A program made the position numbers and the translations under genes. 64,000 bases of DNA from the NCBI GenBank assembly GCA_028820845.1, contig JAPPII010000010.1:15537-79536 (forward strand), written 5' to 3'. This document shows positions 29,699-38,930 of this stretch, piece after piece. The stretch comes from Candidatus Poribacteria bacterium. Lineage in GTDB: Bacteria > Poribacteria > WGA-4E > WGA-3G. Numbering within the stretch: the stretch's first letter is position 1; the number at the start of each line of letters is the position of its first letter. Below the pieces are notes generated by a model that saw nothing but the letters and a program-made list of their open reading frames with translations, was not told the DNA's origin and searched no databases.

Positions 29699-31111
29699 AT
29701 GGAAACTATTCTGATTGTAGACGATGAAAAAAATACGCTTAAGATGTTATCCCAGGGTCTCAAGATGCGTGGGTATCAAGCCCTGACGGCTGCCAGTGGT
29801 GAGCAGGCATTACAACAGTGCGCTAAGTCCGAGGTCAATCTTGTGCTCTTAGATATCCGCATGGAAAACGGTATGGATGGCATTGAGACGCTTGTAAAAC
29901 TCCGGGAACTCTATCCAACGTTGAATGTCGTTATGATGTCGGCGCAACAGGATATCGAGATCGCTGTTAAGACGATGGAGCTCGGTGCAAAGCGGTACAT
30001 CACGAAACCCATCAGTATTGATAAAATTTTATCCAATGTCCAACCGTTTTTGGAAATATCGCGCTTATCACAAGAAAACGAGATTCTGAAGTCACAAATC
30101 ACGATAACCGATGAGATGGTGGGTGAGAGTGCCGCTGTTTCGTATCTCCGTTCACAAATTAAGCGAGTCGCTGGCAGCAAACTTGGGGTTCTGATTTCTG
30201 GGGAGAATGGCACAGGTAAACAACTGGTTGCGAACGCCATTCATCAACAGAGCAGACGCGCTGGGAAAACCTTTATCCCACTCAACTGTGCCGCCCTTCC
30301 CGATGAACTCATTGAGAGTGAACTTTTTGGACATGAGCGAGGCGCATTTACTGGTGCCGATTCGCAACGGAAGGGACGTTTTGAACTCGCACACGGCGGC
30401 ACCCTCTTTCTTGATGAAATCGGCGATATGAGCCTAAAAGCGCAAGCCAAGGTACTCCGCGTCATCGAGACCGGCGAAGTTGAACGCCTCGGTGGTAACC
30501 AGATTCGGACGGTCGATGTCCGAATTATTACAGCGACTAACAAGCGACTTCCAGAAGAAATTGAGAACGGACGGTTCCGGCGCGACCTCTTCTATCGACT
30601 TAACGTTGTGCCTATTCAGGTCCCGCCGCTTCGCGAACGGATGGAGGATATCCCGGTGTTAGTCAAATATTTTGCTGAGCGTTTGCAGCTGGATATGGGG
30701 TCCACGCCAAAGGTCATTGATCCAGCAGCTTACGTCGTATTTCAGAGTTACCATTGGCCCGGGAACATCCGAGAGTTGAAGAATATTGTTGAACGTCTCC
30801 TCATTATGGTGAATCGCGATGTCGTGATGGCACCGGATGTCGCTGAAGCGTTGTCTTTGACCCCTCAGCCCTCTCCACTTTACCCGGCGACTGCACCCTC
30901 CTTGGAGTCTCCTATGGGAATACCCCTCTACAAGCCGGGAATGGCACTAAGTCAGATGGTGGATGATGCCGAAGCGCAATGTATTCTTGCGGCTTTGGAA
31001 GAAAATAAGTGGAACATCCGGCGAACTTCAGAAGTATTAGAGGTTGAGCGGAGTAACTTGTACAAAAAGATGAACAAATACGGCATTTCCCGTCCAGACT
31101 CAGGGAATTAG
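29699..31111 (+). CDS. Sigma-54-dependent response regulator (REC-AAA+-HTH, NtrC family)
   Basis: ILIVDDE / LLDIRM receiver, Walker A GENGTGK, GAFTGA loop, C-terminal Fis-type HTH. Confidence 0.9.
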   Translation: METILIVDDEKNTLKMLSQGLKMRGYQALTAASGEQALQQCAKSEVNLVLLDIRMENGMDGIETLVKLRELYPTLNVVMMSAQQDIEIAVKTMELGAKRYITKPISIDKILSNVQPFLEISRLSQENEILKSQITITDEMVGESAAVSYLRSQIKRVAGSKLGVLISGENGTGKQLVANAIHQQSRRAGKTFIPLNCAALPDELIESELFGHERGAFTGADSQRKGRFELAHGGTLFLDEIGDMSLKAQAKVLRVIETGEVERLGGNQIRTVDVRIITATNKRLPEEIENGRFRRDLFYRLNVVPIQVPPLRERMEDIPVLVKYFAERLQLDMGSTPKVIDPAAYVVFQSYHWPGNIRELKNIVERLLIMVNRDVVMAPDVAEALSLTPQPSPLYPATAPSLESPMGIPLYKPGMALSQMVDDAEAQCILAALEENKWNIRRTSEVLEVERSNLYKKMNKYGISRPDSGN

Positions 31112-31132
31112 GTTGGGGGATTTGTACTGACA

Positions 31133-31567
31133 ATGCCACGGAAACATATCAGCGAAAACAGCGGGATAACTCGCCTCCAACTCCTTATCCTTATTATCAT
31201 AGTTGTTTTGATTGGCGTACTCTCTTTTCCACCATGGTTAGAATATCGTAGAGTGAGCACGGCGGATATAGATGTCGAGACTATTGCTACTGCTATTAAA
31301 AAGTACTTCAGACACACGGGACATTATCCGACGAGTTTGAATGCATTGATGACGGATCCTGGTCTTGAAGGATGGCGTGGAAATTACTTGGAGTCTATCC
31401 CTGAAACACCTTGGGGCGGCAGCTACGCGCTCCTGCAGGACACCTATAAGGTCGGGATAGCGAAAGATCACCCCCGCGTGCCAGAAAAGTATCGCGTCGG
31501 CGGTGTCGCGGAGATCAGTCGCGTCTATCATGCCGACGCCCGTCTCGGTGAGCAGTATTGGTGGTGA
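31133..31567 (+). CDS. GspG-like pseudopilin with atypical prepilin leader
   Basis: NSG/ITRLQLLILIIIVVLIG N-terminus (Gln in place of the canonical Glu+5). T2SS-G-like body (YFRHTGHYPTSLNAL...GWRGNYL...TPWGGSY). Confidence 0.6.
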   Translation: MPRKHISENSGITRLQLLILIIIVVLIGVLSFPPWLEYRRVSTADIDVETIATAIKKYFRHTGHYPTSLNALMTDPGLEGWRGNYLESIPETPWGGSYALLQDTYKVGIAKDHPRVPEKYRVGGVAEISRVYHADARLGEQYWW

Positions 31568-31720
31568 TTGGTTAGCAATTAGCAGTTAGTTATCAGCAGT
31601 TAGCGGTTTATCGTTGGGCGAAATCAACGGCATGAAGGTTTCCGTATGGCATTCCCCGCCTGCCGAGTTACTGACCGCTGAAAGTGGAGCGTAGCGGAAC
31701 GCCCTGACTGCTGACCGCTA
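31568..31720. repeat. Composite intergenic repeat block, inverted copy of the 4447-4660 type
   Basis: Word runs at both ends in inverted orientation, core CCGTATGGCATTCCCC, and box GCGTAGCGGAACGCCC. Confidence 0.8.
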
Positions 31721-31729
31721 TATAAAAAT

Positions 31730-32518
31730 ATGTGGATTTTTATTTTCGTGTTGGGTGCAGCAATCGGAAGTTTTCTCAATGTCTATATCTATCGCATTCC
31801 GCGCGATGGCATGTCGGTTCATTCGCCGCGCCGCTCTTTCTGTCCAGTATGCCAAGAGACAATAAGAACGTTTGACACTATCCCACTTTTAAGTTACCTG
31901 TTCTTACGCGGACAGTGCCGACACTGCAAAACAGGAATTTCGGTGTTGTATCCGTGTGTTGAACTCGCAACCGCACTCCTATTTCTTGTAATGTATTATC
32001 GCTTCGGGTTAACCCTTGAAGGTCTGCTTGCGCTCGTTTTTGTTTCGCTGCTCGTCCCGATTGCTGTCATCGATACGCAGCACTATATTATCCCAAACGT
32101 CCTTATAGTGGTCGGGTTGATTCTCGGTTTTGTTATTGTCTCTGGAATTGCGTATCAGCGCGGTGATGTCTGGTATCTGCTCATACGACTTATTGGTGCT
32201 GTTGTCGGTGGGACAGCGTTGTGGTTAATTGCCGTGATTGGGAGCGCGATTTTACGTAAAAAAGCGATGGGTGGCGGAGACATCAAGTTGATGGCACTCA
32301 ACGGATTGTTCCTCGGCGCGTGGCCCGAACTGGCGATGGTCATCGCCTTCTCTGCTTTTAGTGGTGCGATTGTTGGAACGACGCTTATCATTTCTGGCAT
32401 AAAAGACCGTCAAAGCCCTATTCCGTATGGTCCTTTTCTCGCCGGTGCCGCTGTGCTTGTGCTTTTATGGGGAGATAGCCTCTGGCAGACGTACTTGCAG
32501 TTTATGGGGTGGTATTAA
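31730..32518 (+). CDS. Prepilin peptidase (A24 family)
   Basis: CPVC...CRHC zinc-type motif, polytopic membrane layout, GGGDIKL catalytic Asp box. Confidence 0.9.
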   Translation: MWIFIFVLGAAIGSFLNVYIYRIPRDGMSVHSPRRSFCPVCQETIRTFDTIPLLSYLFLRGQCRHCKTGISVLYPCVELATALLFLVMYYRFGLTLEGLLALVFVSLLVPIAVIDTQHYIIPNVLIVVGLILGFVIVSGIAYQRGDVWYLLIRLIGAVVGGTALWLIAVIGSAILRKKAMGGGDIKLMALNGLFLGAWPELAMVIAFSAFSGAIVGTTLIISGIKDRQSPIPYGPFLAGAAVLVLLWGDSLWQTYLQFMGWY

Positions 32519-32585
32519 TGGGTTCTCAGTAGTCGGTTGTCGGTTTTCAGTTAAGAGAGATTTGGATTCATTTGTTGGAGGAAAT

Positions 32586-34682
32586 ATGAAGACCTTCCAT
32601 ACAATCATTTGTTTGCTAATGTTCTTTTTTACCTATCAGATTGTCTATGCGCAACAAGCACCTACTGCGGGTTTTGTTGATTTGGAAATGCCTCTGGAGG
32701 AAGCACTTACTAAAATTACTTTTATTGTTACGCGGTTAAGTGGTGAAGGCAGCAATGAAGTTGTTAGCAGTGAAGTTGTTTTTGAAGGTGAAGGCGTAAT
32801 CCGGGAAAAAGACTACATAGAACTACGTATACCGCACGACTTTGGGGAGCGTGTCGCCTACAGTATCTATACGCTCCTATCTAAATATGCTGTTGAAAGC
32901 AATCGGTATATTTTTGTGCCTTTTTCTAAGTGGAATGGTAGTTCACGTTCAACGGTGTTTTGGTATTTCTATGTAGTAGATAAAAAAACGCTCAGAATTG
33001 TTGATGGAATTCGCCTGGGGGGGTTCTTGCGCATTGAGGATGTCGTTTTAGCCGATGCGTTCACCAATACTGTGTCCATTACTTATATTAGGGGAGGGAG
33101 CTCGAGGGGTGAAGTTGTATATGACCCCGATAAAGCAATCAAAAGACATCTTCGGATGATAGAAGGTAAATTTCGAGATGTGGAAGATCCTTTAAGTCCG
33201 TCCGATCCTGATATGATGTTCGTTCGGGCAGGCACGTCTTGGATGGGAAGCCACGATGACGATGCGGCGGACGATGAAAAGCACCTGCACATCGTCTACC
33301 TTGATGCATTTCATATTGACAAATACGAAGTGACGAATGCACAATATAAGAAATTTGTTGATGCGAACCCACGGTGGCAAAAGGATCGTATTCCTGAAAA
33401 GTATCATGATGGAGATTATCTGAAACATTGGAATGGGAACAATTACCCATCAGGCAAAGGTAACCATCCCGTTGTTTATGTGAGTTGGTACGCAGCAATG
33501 GCATACGCCGAGTGGCGTGGGAGACGCCTTCCGACAGAAGCAGAATGGGAGAAGGCTGCGCGCGGAGGTCGTCATCCTATTAAATACCCGTGGGGTTCTT
33601 CTCCTGATTTGAACAAGGCAAACTACGGTGGGAAAATTGGCGATACTACCCCCGTTGGGACCTACGAGGCGAATGGATATGGTTTATACGATATGGCAGG
33701 CAATGTTTGGGAATGGTGTCTTGATGAATACGATGCAGGTTTCTATTATATTTCTCCGTATCGTAATCCTGTTGCAGGTGGGACTGTAGATAGTATTTTA
33801 TCTGATTGGACGAATGTTAAAAACGTCCGTGTGCTACGCGGCGGTTCTTGGGTCAGTGATGTCCAATTTATGGTAGTTTCTGATCGGACGCGGTTCACAC
33901 CTCGGATCACGAACAATGCCCGTGGATTCCGTTGTGTGAAACCTGTAACACCTGATCTTGCTACAGAGAACGGCAAGCCGATCAGTAAACAAGTTGCCAT
34001 AACATCGCAGAGTTCTGGAGTTTTTTTTCAATTGGTTGAGCCCATAAAGTTTGCCAATGACACCGTGGTGACATCTATCTCTAAAACTGGTATTGACACC
34101 CTCCGGGATTTACCAGTTCGCCTTGGGGAGAATGAGCATATTAATGGGATAACGATAAAGAACGAAAAAGGCGAAAAGATCCATGTGCGAACGTGTAGAG
34201 AGTATGATGCCGCGCTTAAGCATGGCTATCAGCCCGACTCGACCTTTAAAATAAAAATGTCTGTTTGGTTTGAGCATCAATGTGGTTTGCTAAAGGCTTT
34301 GGAGATGGCAACTGCTCCCCAGCGAAGTTACATATCAAATCCTAATGTGGGGATAGCGAACTTAGATTTACTCCCCTTTGCTATCTTCCCAGCAGGAAGA
34401 GAGTTGGACGCGACCTATCAGGAAAAAATTGAAAACGAAGCACTCGTGGTTAGAGCAAGGAATCGAAATCATTTGGTCACTGAAGGGAAAGGAATCAGAC
34501 AATCGTTAAAGGAAATAGTCCGTGCTGACTTTAACAACGACGGTATTGAAGACATTTTGCTCTTTGAATATCACCATTACATAAAAGGGACCCTGGGAAA
34601 TGGAGAGATTATTATCTTAACCCGTAAATCAATGGATGAAAAATTTGAGGCAGTGCGACCCCTAAATCCGATGCCAGATTGA
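32586..34682 (+). CDS. Secreted multidomain protein with central FGE-sulfatase (SUMF1-like) domain
   Basis: GGAGG lies before the ATG at 32586. Signal peptide MKTFHTIICLLMFFFTYQIVYA. YEVTNAQYKKF, HPVVYVSWYAAMAYAEW, LPTEAEWEKAARGG, NVWEWC, RVLRGGSW, RGFRCV. The flanking N- and C-terminal regions are unassigned. Confidence 0.8.
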   Translation: MKTFHTIICLLMFFFTYQIVYAQQAPTAGFVDLEMPLEEALTKITFIVTRLSGEGSNEVVSSEVVFEGEGVIREKDYIELRIPHDFGERVAYSIYTLLSKYAVESNRYIFVPFSKWNGSSRSTVFWYFYVVDKKTLRIVDGIRLGGFLRIEDVVLADAFTNTVSITYIRGGSSRGEVVYDPDKAIKRHLRMIEGKFRDVEDPLSPSDPDMMFVRAGTSWMGSHDDDAADDEKHLHIVYLDAFHIDKYEVTNAQYKKFVDANPRWQKDRIPEKYHDGDYLKHWNGNNYPSGKGNHPVVYVSWYAAMAYAEWRGRRLPTEAEWEKAARGGRHPIKYPWGSSPDLNKANYGGKIGDTTPVGTYEANGYGLYDMAGNVWEWCLDEYDAGFYYISPYRNPVAGGTVDSILSDWTNVKNVRVLRGGSWVSDVQFMVVSDRTRFTPRITNNARGFRCVKPVTPDLATENGKPISKQVAITSQSSGVFFQLVEPIKFANDTVVTSISKTGIDTLRDLPVRLGENEHINGITIKNEKGEKIHVRTCREYDAALKHGYQPDSTFKIKMSVWFEHQCGLLKALEMATAPQRSYISNPNVGIANLDLLPFAIFPAGRELDATYQEKIENEALVVRARNRNHLVTEGKGIRQSLKEIVRADFNNDGIEDILLFEYHHYIKGTLGNGEIIILTRKSMDEKFEAVRPLNPMPD

Positions 34683-34722
34683 GAGTTTAAATTGTAGCAG
34701 ATTGTAGAATTACTTAGGTACT

Positions 34723-34751
34723 TTGCAATTAACTATCCAATAGAGTATAAT
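34723..34751 (+). promoter_or_regulatory. Sigma-70-type promoter TTGCAA-N17-TATAAT for the nitroreductase gene
   Basis: ttgcaattaactatccaatagagtataat, 27 nt upstream of the ATG, with AAGGAGG between them. Confidence 0.55.
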
Positions 34752-34777
34752 TCAATTCCATAAGGAGGATCTAACGT

Positions 34778-35347
34778 ATGGATGTTAAAGACGCGATTCT
34801 TTCAAGACGCACGATTTTTAAGTTTGAACAGAAACCGGTGCCAGATGATGTCATTGAACAGGTTTTCAGTTTTGGGATATGGGCACCGAATCACCATGTC
34901 ACCGAACCGTGGCGTTTTATCGTGATTGGCGAGAAAACGAAACTAACCCTTGCAGATCGCTATCGCGAGATCAAGATGGAAGATACGCCTGACCACGTTG
35001 ATGCCGAAAATCTTAAGAAAATCGGTGAACTGGCTTACGAGAAATTCATGTCGAAGCCGACGATTATCGCTGTTTCTTGCGTACAAGAAGGGGACGAGCA
35101 ACGTAAACGCGAAGATTATGCCGCTGCCTGCTGTGCGATGCAAAACGTCCAACTCGCCGCATGGGATGCCGGAGTCGGAATGCAGTGGAGTACGGGCAGG
35201 ATCACGATGGAAGAGAATACCTATCAATTGCTCGGCATTGATTCTTCACAAGAGTATATTATCGGCTTCTTCTACACGGGTTACCCCGCCGACATCGGCG
35301 CACCGAAGCGACAACCCGCAGGCGATTTCATCCGTTGGGTGGCATAG
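34778..35347 (+). CDS. Nitroreductase-family protein
   Basis: RRTIFKFEQKPV N-terminus, 189 aa, typical nitroreductase length and pattern. Confidence 0.8.
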   Translation: MDVKDAILSRRTIFKFEQKPVPDDVIEQVFSFGIWAPNHHVTEPWRFIVIGEKTKLTLADRYREIKMEDTPDHVDAENLKKIGELAYEKFMSKPTIIAVSCVQEGDEQRKREDYAAACCAMQNVQLAAWDAGVGMQWSTGRITMEENTYQLLGIDSSQEYIIGFFYTGYPADIGAPKRQPAGDFIRWVA

Positions 35348-35369
35348 ACCGAGACTATGAGGAATCTCC

Positions 35370-35831
35370 ATGGAAGAGCAAAACAGGGATAGACGATCAT
35401 CAATGTTCACAGTCCGGAATGCCGAGAACGCGATGATCGCATTCACAATTTTTGCGCTGTTCTGTCTGTTGATGGTGCTCTTCCATGAGATGTTGGTCGC
35501 AAGTCAAAATTTTGTTGGTGCACTTTACAGTGTTGCAAGGAATATCTCAAAGATTATGTCAGGGGCAACATTACTGACGATATTTGAGGAGGCAATTGAC
35601 ATCATGTTTCAACGTATTAGGGATACTCTGAAAAAGGAGAGAGAACTTAAAGCGCAAGCTATAGCCGAAGGTAAAGCCGAAGGTAAAGCCGAAGGTAAAG
35701 CCGAAGGTAAAGCCGAAGGTAAAGCCGAAGCCTACCAAGAGGTGGCTGAGTGGAATCGCCGCAGAATGGCAGCGGAAGCCCGCGGTGAAAAATTCACAGA
35801 ACCACCTCCTGGATTACCGCTAAATCGTTAA
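35370..35831 (+). CDS. Hypothetical membrane protein with AEGK x5 repeat
   Basis: One hydrophobic helix (MIAFTIFALFCLLMVLF) and a 12-bp tandem repeat. No recognised domain. Confidence 0.4.
   Translation: MEEQNRDRRSSMFTVRNAENAMIAFTIFALFCLLMVLFHEMLVASQNFVGALYSVARNISKIMSGATLLTIFEEAIDIMFQRIRDTLKKERELKAQAIAEGKAEGKAEGKAEGKAEGKAEAYQEVAEWNRRRMAAEARGEKFTEPPPGLPLNR
35664..35729 (+). repeat. 12-bp tandem repeat (gccgaaggtaaa x5.5) encoding AEGK repeats
   Basis: Read directly. Confidence 0.9.
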
Positions 35832-36653
35832 CTGATACGCTGCTTTGGCGTTCTGCCAGAAGAACTTCGCTTTGACTGCATCGCCTTTCGCGCTGAAGTA
35901 GTCGTTCACAATCTTTTGGACGACTTCGTAAGATGCGAAGCGTTCAGAGACGGGCCAATTGCTTCCGTAGATGAGCCGGTCTTCACCAAACGCGTCCCAC
36001 AAGACATCTATCGTTGGGGTGTAATAGGCGACATCGGTTGGCGCGGGAATTTGCCCGGTGTGTTCCGCTAACCCCGATACCTTACAGTAGATGTTCGGAT
36101 AGCGAGCCACCTCACGGATTGCTGAGACCCATGCTGCATCAGGCGGTTGTTCGGATATGCGTGCCCCGGCAATATGATTGATGACAATCCGCATTTCCGG
36201 TGTATGCTCGACCAGCGTCGGTAAGATGGATAAGGCTTCGGGGTTAATTAGCAGATCCAAGGTGAGTTCCTTCGCTGCTAACTTTTCAATACTCGCCAAG
36301 AACGTTGGGTCACCGATTGTCCGTAGGTGTCCGCTGCCGAGACGTATCCCGCGAAAAAGTGGATTCGCGGAAAACCGGTTCAGATTATCCTCAAAATCAG
36401 CTGTCGGTTCCAAATGTCCCACGAACCCGACAATGAAAGGTTCTTCTGCGGCGAGGTCAAGAATCCACCGGTTATCCTCAAGCCATTTGCTTGCCTCAAC
36501 AACAACGGTGCCTGTTACGCCTTCAGGGACTGCGAGGATTTTGTAGTCTTCGGGCATAACGCGTCGGTAGAGGACTTCATCGTTCGGATTGGGCCACGGC
36601 ACGCCTTCAGGACGTGTCGGATCGTAGAAATGCGTATGTGTATCAATAATCAT
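35820..36653 (-). CDS. Amidohydrolase-2 family metal-dependent hydrolase (TIM barrel)
   Basis: MIIDTHTHFYDP start at the ATG at 36653. C-terminal DRLIYGSNWP. Confidence 0.8.
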   Translation of the reverse strand: MIIDTHTHFYDPTRPEGVPWPNPNDEVLYRRVMPEDYKILAVPEGVTGTVVVEASKWLEDNRWILDLAAEEPFIVGFVGHLEPTADFEDNLNRFSANPLFRGIRLGSGHLRTIGDPTFLASIEKLAAKELTLDLLINPEALSILPTLVEHTPEMRIVINHIAGARISEQPPDAAWVSAIREVARYPNIYCKVSGLAEHTGQIPAPTDVAYYTPTIDVLWDAFGEDRLIYGSNWPVSERFASYEVVQKIVNDYFSAKGDAVKAKFFWQNAKAAYQLTI

Positions 36654-36788
36654 ATTTTTAACTATTGCTCCTGGGCATCGTTCCACTACGTTTCACGATG
36701 ATTTTCGGTTAATTTAGAAACATTTTGAAATCCAAAATAGGTTCATAATTTAACGTGCGTTTGAAAAAAGATTAATTGGTAAGTTTCT

Positions 36789-37625
36789 GTGCATAATGCT
36801 GTTTTTTTCTTTTGTATTAATGTTAGGCTTTTCATCGTAGTTGGACTCTTAACCTATTTGCTATCGGGATGTAATCCGTCCGATCAGGCACAGCAACAGC
36901 GGCGCGAACTTCAACGTGATGCTTTGCGGCTTGAAATGGGACAGGCACTCAACCCGACAGATGCGGAGGGGTACATCCAACTCGGAAAAATCTATCGCGA
37001 ATTGGGTGAGTACGAGAAAGCACTGGACGCGTTTCAGGGTGCTATCGCACTTGATGACGAGCACGCACACGCCTACAACAATCTCGGTCTGGTTTATATT
37101 GATCTCGGTCTGTATGTCCTCGCTATTGATATGTTCCAGGCCGCGCTTGAGTTCGATCCCGGAAATCCTGCCTTCTATAACAACCTCGGCTATGCGTACG
37201 ATAAAACCGACCAATTTGCTGAAGCTCTCGCCGCCTTTCGTACCGCAATTGAAGAAGATCCAACCTTCGTTGATGCCTATAACAACCTCGCGGATGCGTA
37301 TCTCTACCGCGAAATGTATCAGGAGGCTATCCAGCAGTATGAAGCAGCCCTTGAAATAGAAGCCGGGGACGCTGATGTCTATTTCAATCTCGGTTTCGCT
37401 TACGAGGAGACTGGGGAATTCCTCCGCGCCATCCAGTCCTATGAAAGAGGTATATCCCTCGATAGCAGCGACGCAGAGGCATATTATCGCCTTGCACAGG
37501 TGTATGAGAAAAATGGTGACACACTCATGATGCGTCGTTATCTGGAGGCGTTCTTAATGCGCGCGAGGGATATTCCATACCTCCAAGAGCAGGTTCGCAC
37601 CGCTGAGGAACTGCTGGATAGGTAG
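36789..37625 (+). CDS. TPR-repeat lipoprotein
   Basis: Lipobox LLSGC. Consecutive AYNNLG.. / AYYRLAQVY TPR units. Confidence 0.75.
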   Translation: MHNAVFFFCINVRLFIVVGLLTYLLSGCNPSDQAQQQRRELQRDALRLEMGQALNPTDAEGYIQLGKIYRELGEYEKALDAFQGAIALDDEHAHAYNNLGLVYIDLGLYVLAIDMFQAALEFDPGNPAFYNNLGYAYDKTDQFAEALAAFRTAIEEDPTFVDAYNNLADAYLYREMYQEAIQQYEAALEIEAGDADVYFNLGFAYEETGEFLRAIQSYERGISLDSSDAEAYYRLAQVYEKNGDTLMMRRYLEAFLMRARDIPYLQEQVRTAEELLDR

Positions 37626-38928
37626 TGTCCTTCCGCAGAATTAGCAGGAATTCCGATTTCATACCATCCGGGTTCTTGTTTTTCCGCGCCCCGAAAAGTT
37701 TTCGTGTCTGAATCCGATCCTCGTAAACCTTTTCAAACGTAAACCCGCGTTCCGTAAAATACTCCGCTAATATCCGCCACAATTCGACCGTTATACCGTC
37801 AATTCGTGGATTGCCGACGAAGATACAGGCAGCAGCATTCGGTTTCAACTGATTCATTGCGTTTTCAAGGGCATTGACTGTGTGACAGAAATAGGAGTCC
37901 AACCGTTTTCGGAGATCCTCCCGCGTGAGCATCTCTCTGATTTTATTTAGCGTTTCTGTTTGAACAATCCGATCTGCCTTCCGATACGGGATTTCAAGCC
38001 GTGATAACTCTCTAACCTCTTCCTCAGTGTGTCCCAACCAAAACAGTTCCATCTTCGTCGAGCGGATATATTCTTGCGCTTGAAGATACGGGGGCGACGT
38101 TATCAAAGCATCACACGTCCACGGCACCGTAACGTAAGACGAATCCACCCCACCCTTAAACGCAACCTTACTTTCGGATGTATACTGTTGTGTGGACATC
38201 ACGAAGTCGTTGAGGCTTTTTAACGTCTTCAAGGAGAGACTGTGAACCATTTCATCTAATTGGTCTCTCCAATTTTCCTTTAGCAGCTCCTCTACAGCTT
38301 TCAACTTACGCTTGGATCTCGCAAGTTTAGGAGTTCTGTCTTCTGTATAGGAGAACCGTTTGCCCGCCTTCAACAACGCTGATTTGATAATGTCGCAATA
38401 GATACTGTTGTCCGTGTTATTGATAAATCCCCAATAATAGGTCAATACCTCTAAAATTTCAGGCGGGTACCAGTAATCAACACTCGACCAATGCGGTATA
38501 AACTGGTGTTTGCTTTCTCTCATATCCTCTAATAGTTTGAACAAATCCGCTTCGCGCAGCCGCTCTTTTCCACGATAGACCTTCAATGGCATGATGTGGT
38601 TTAGAAGTAGATTCAAATCAAGGAGAAAGGTATTACGTTTGCACAGATACGCCTCAACCCCCACCGTTCCTGAGCCTGCAAACGGATCCACGATCCAATC
38701 GCCTTCCTTTGTGTAGGTCGTAATCGCATACCGAACAATCTGTGGAATGAATTTCGCAGGATAAGCAAAGATGGCATGTGTCAAATAGCCGGTGTCTTTG
38801 ATTTCAGGGACGAGCTCTCGGAACGAAACCAACTCTATTTCGCCAGATGTAGAGTCGTTTCTTGGGAGCTGAGGTTCGGTGTCTGTCGGGAAAAGTGTGA
38901 ACTGTTCTGGCGAATTATGGTTTGTCAT
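37525..38928 (-). CDS. Orphan DNA methyltransferase (N4-C/N6-A type; motif I, then a long variable region, then SPPY)
   Basis: DPFAGSGTVGVEA (FxGxG) and ITSPPYLQAQEY (motif IV) about 195 aa apart. No nuclease gene adjacent. Confidence 0.75.
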   Translation of the reverse strand: MTNHNSPEQFTLFPTDTEPQLPRNDSTSGEIELVSFRELVPEIKDTGYLTHAIFAYPAKFIPQIVRYAITTYTKEGDWIVDPFAGSGTVGVEAYLCKRNTFLLDLNLLLNHIMPLKVYRGKERLREADLFKLLEDMRESKHQFIPHWSSVDYWYPPEILEVLTYYWGFINNTDNSIYCDIIKSALLKAGKRFSYTEDRTPKLARSKRKLKAVEELLKENWRDQLDEMVHSLSLKTLKSLNDFVMSTQQYTSESKVAFKGGVDSSYVTVPWTCDALITSPPYLQAQEYIRSTKMELFWLGHTEEEVRELSRLEIPYRKADRIVQTETLNKIREMLTREDLRKRLDSYFCHTVNALENAMNQLKPNAAACIFVGNPRIDGITVELWRILAEYFTERGFTFEKVYEDRIQTRKLFGARKNKNPDGMKSEFLLILRKDTTYPAVPQRCEPALGGMEYPSRALRTPPDNDAS

Positions 38929-38930
38929 TA

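Noticed and set aside
33200-33950. FGE/C-type-lectin-fold domain as a diversity-generating retroelement target
   Set aside because: There is no reverse transcriptase gene and no template-repeat copy of this segment anywhere in the window.
37525-38928. Restriction-modification system
   Set aside because: Only the methyltransferase is present. The neighbours are cytochrome b and a TPR protein, so no endonuclease or specificity subunit is present.
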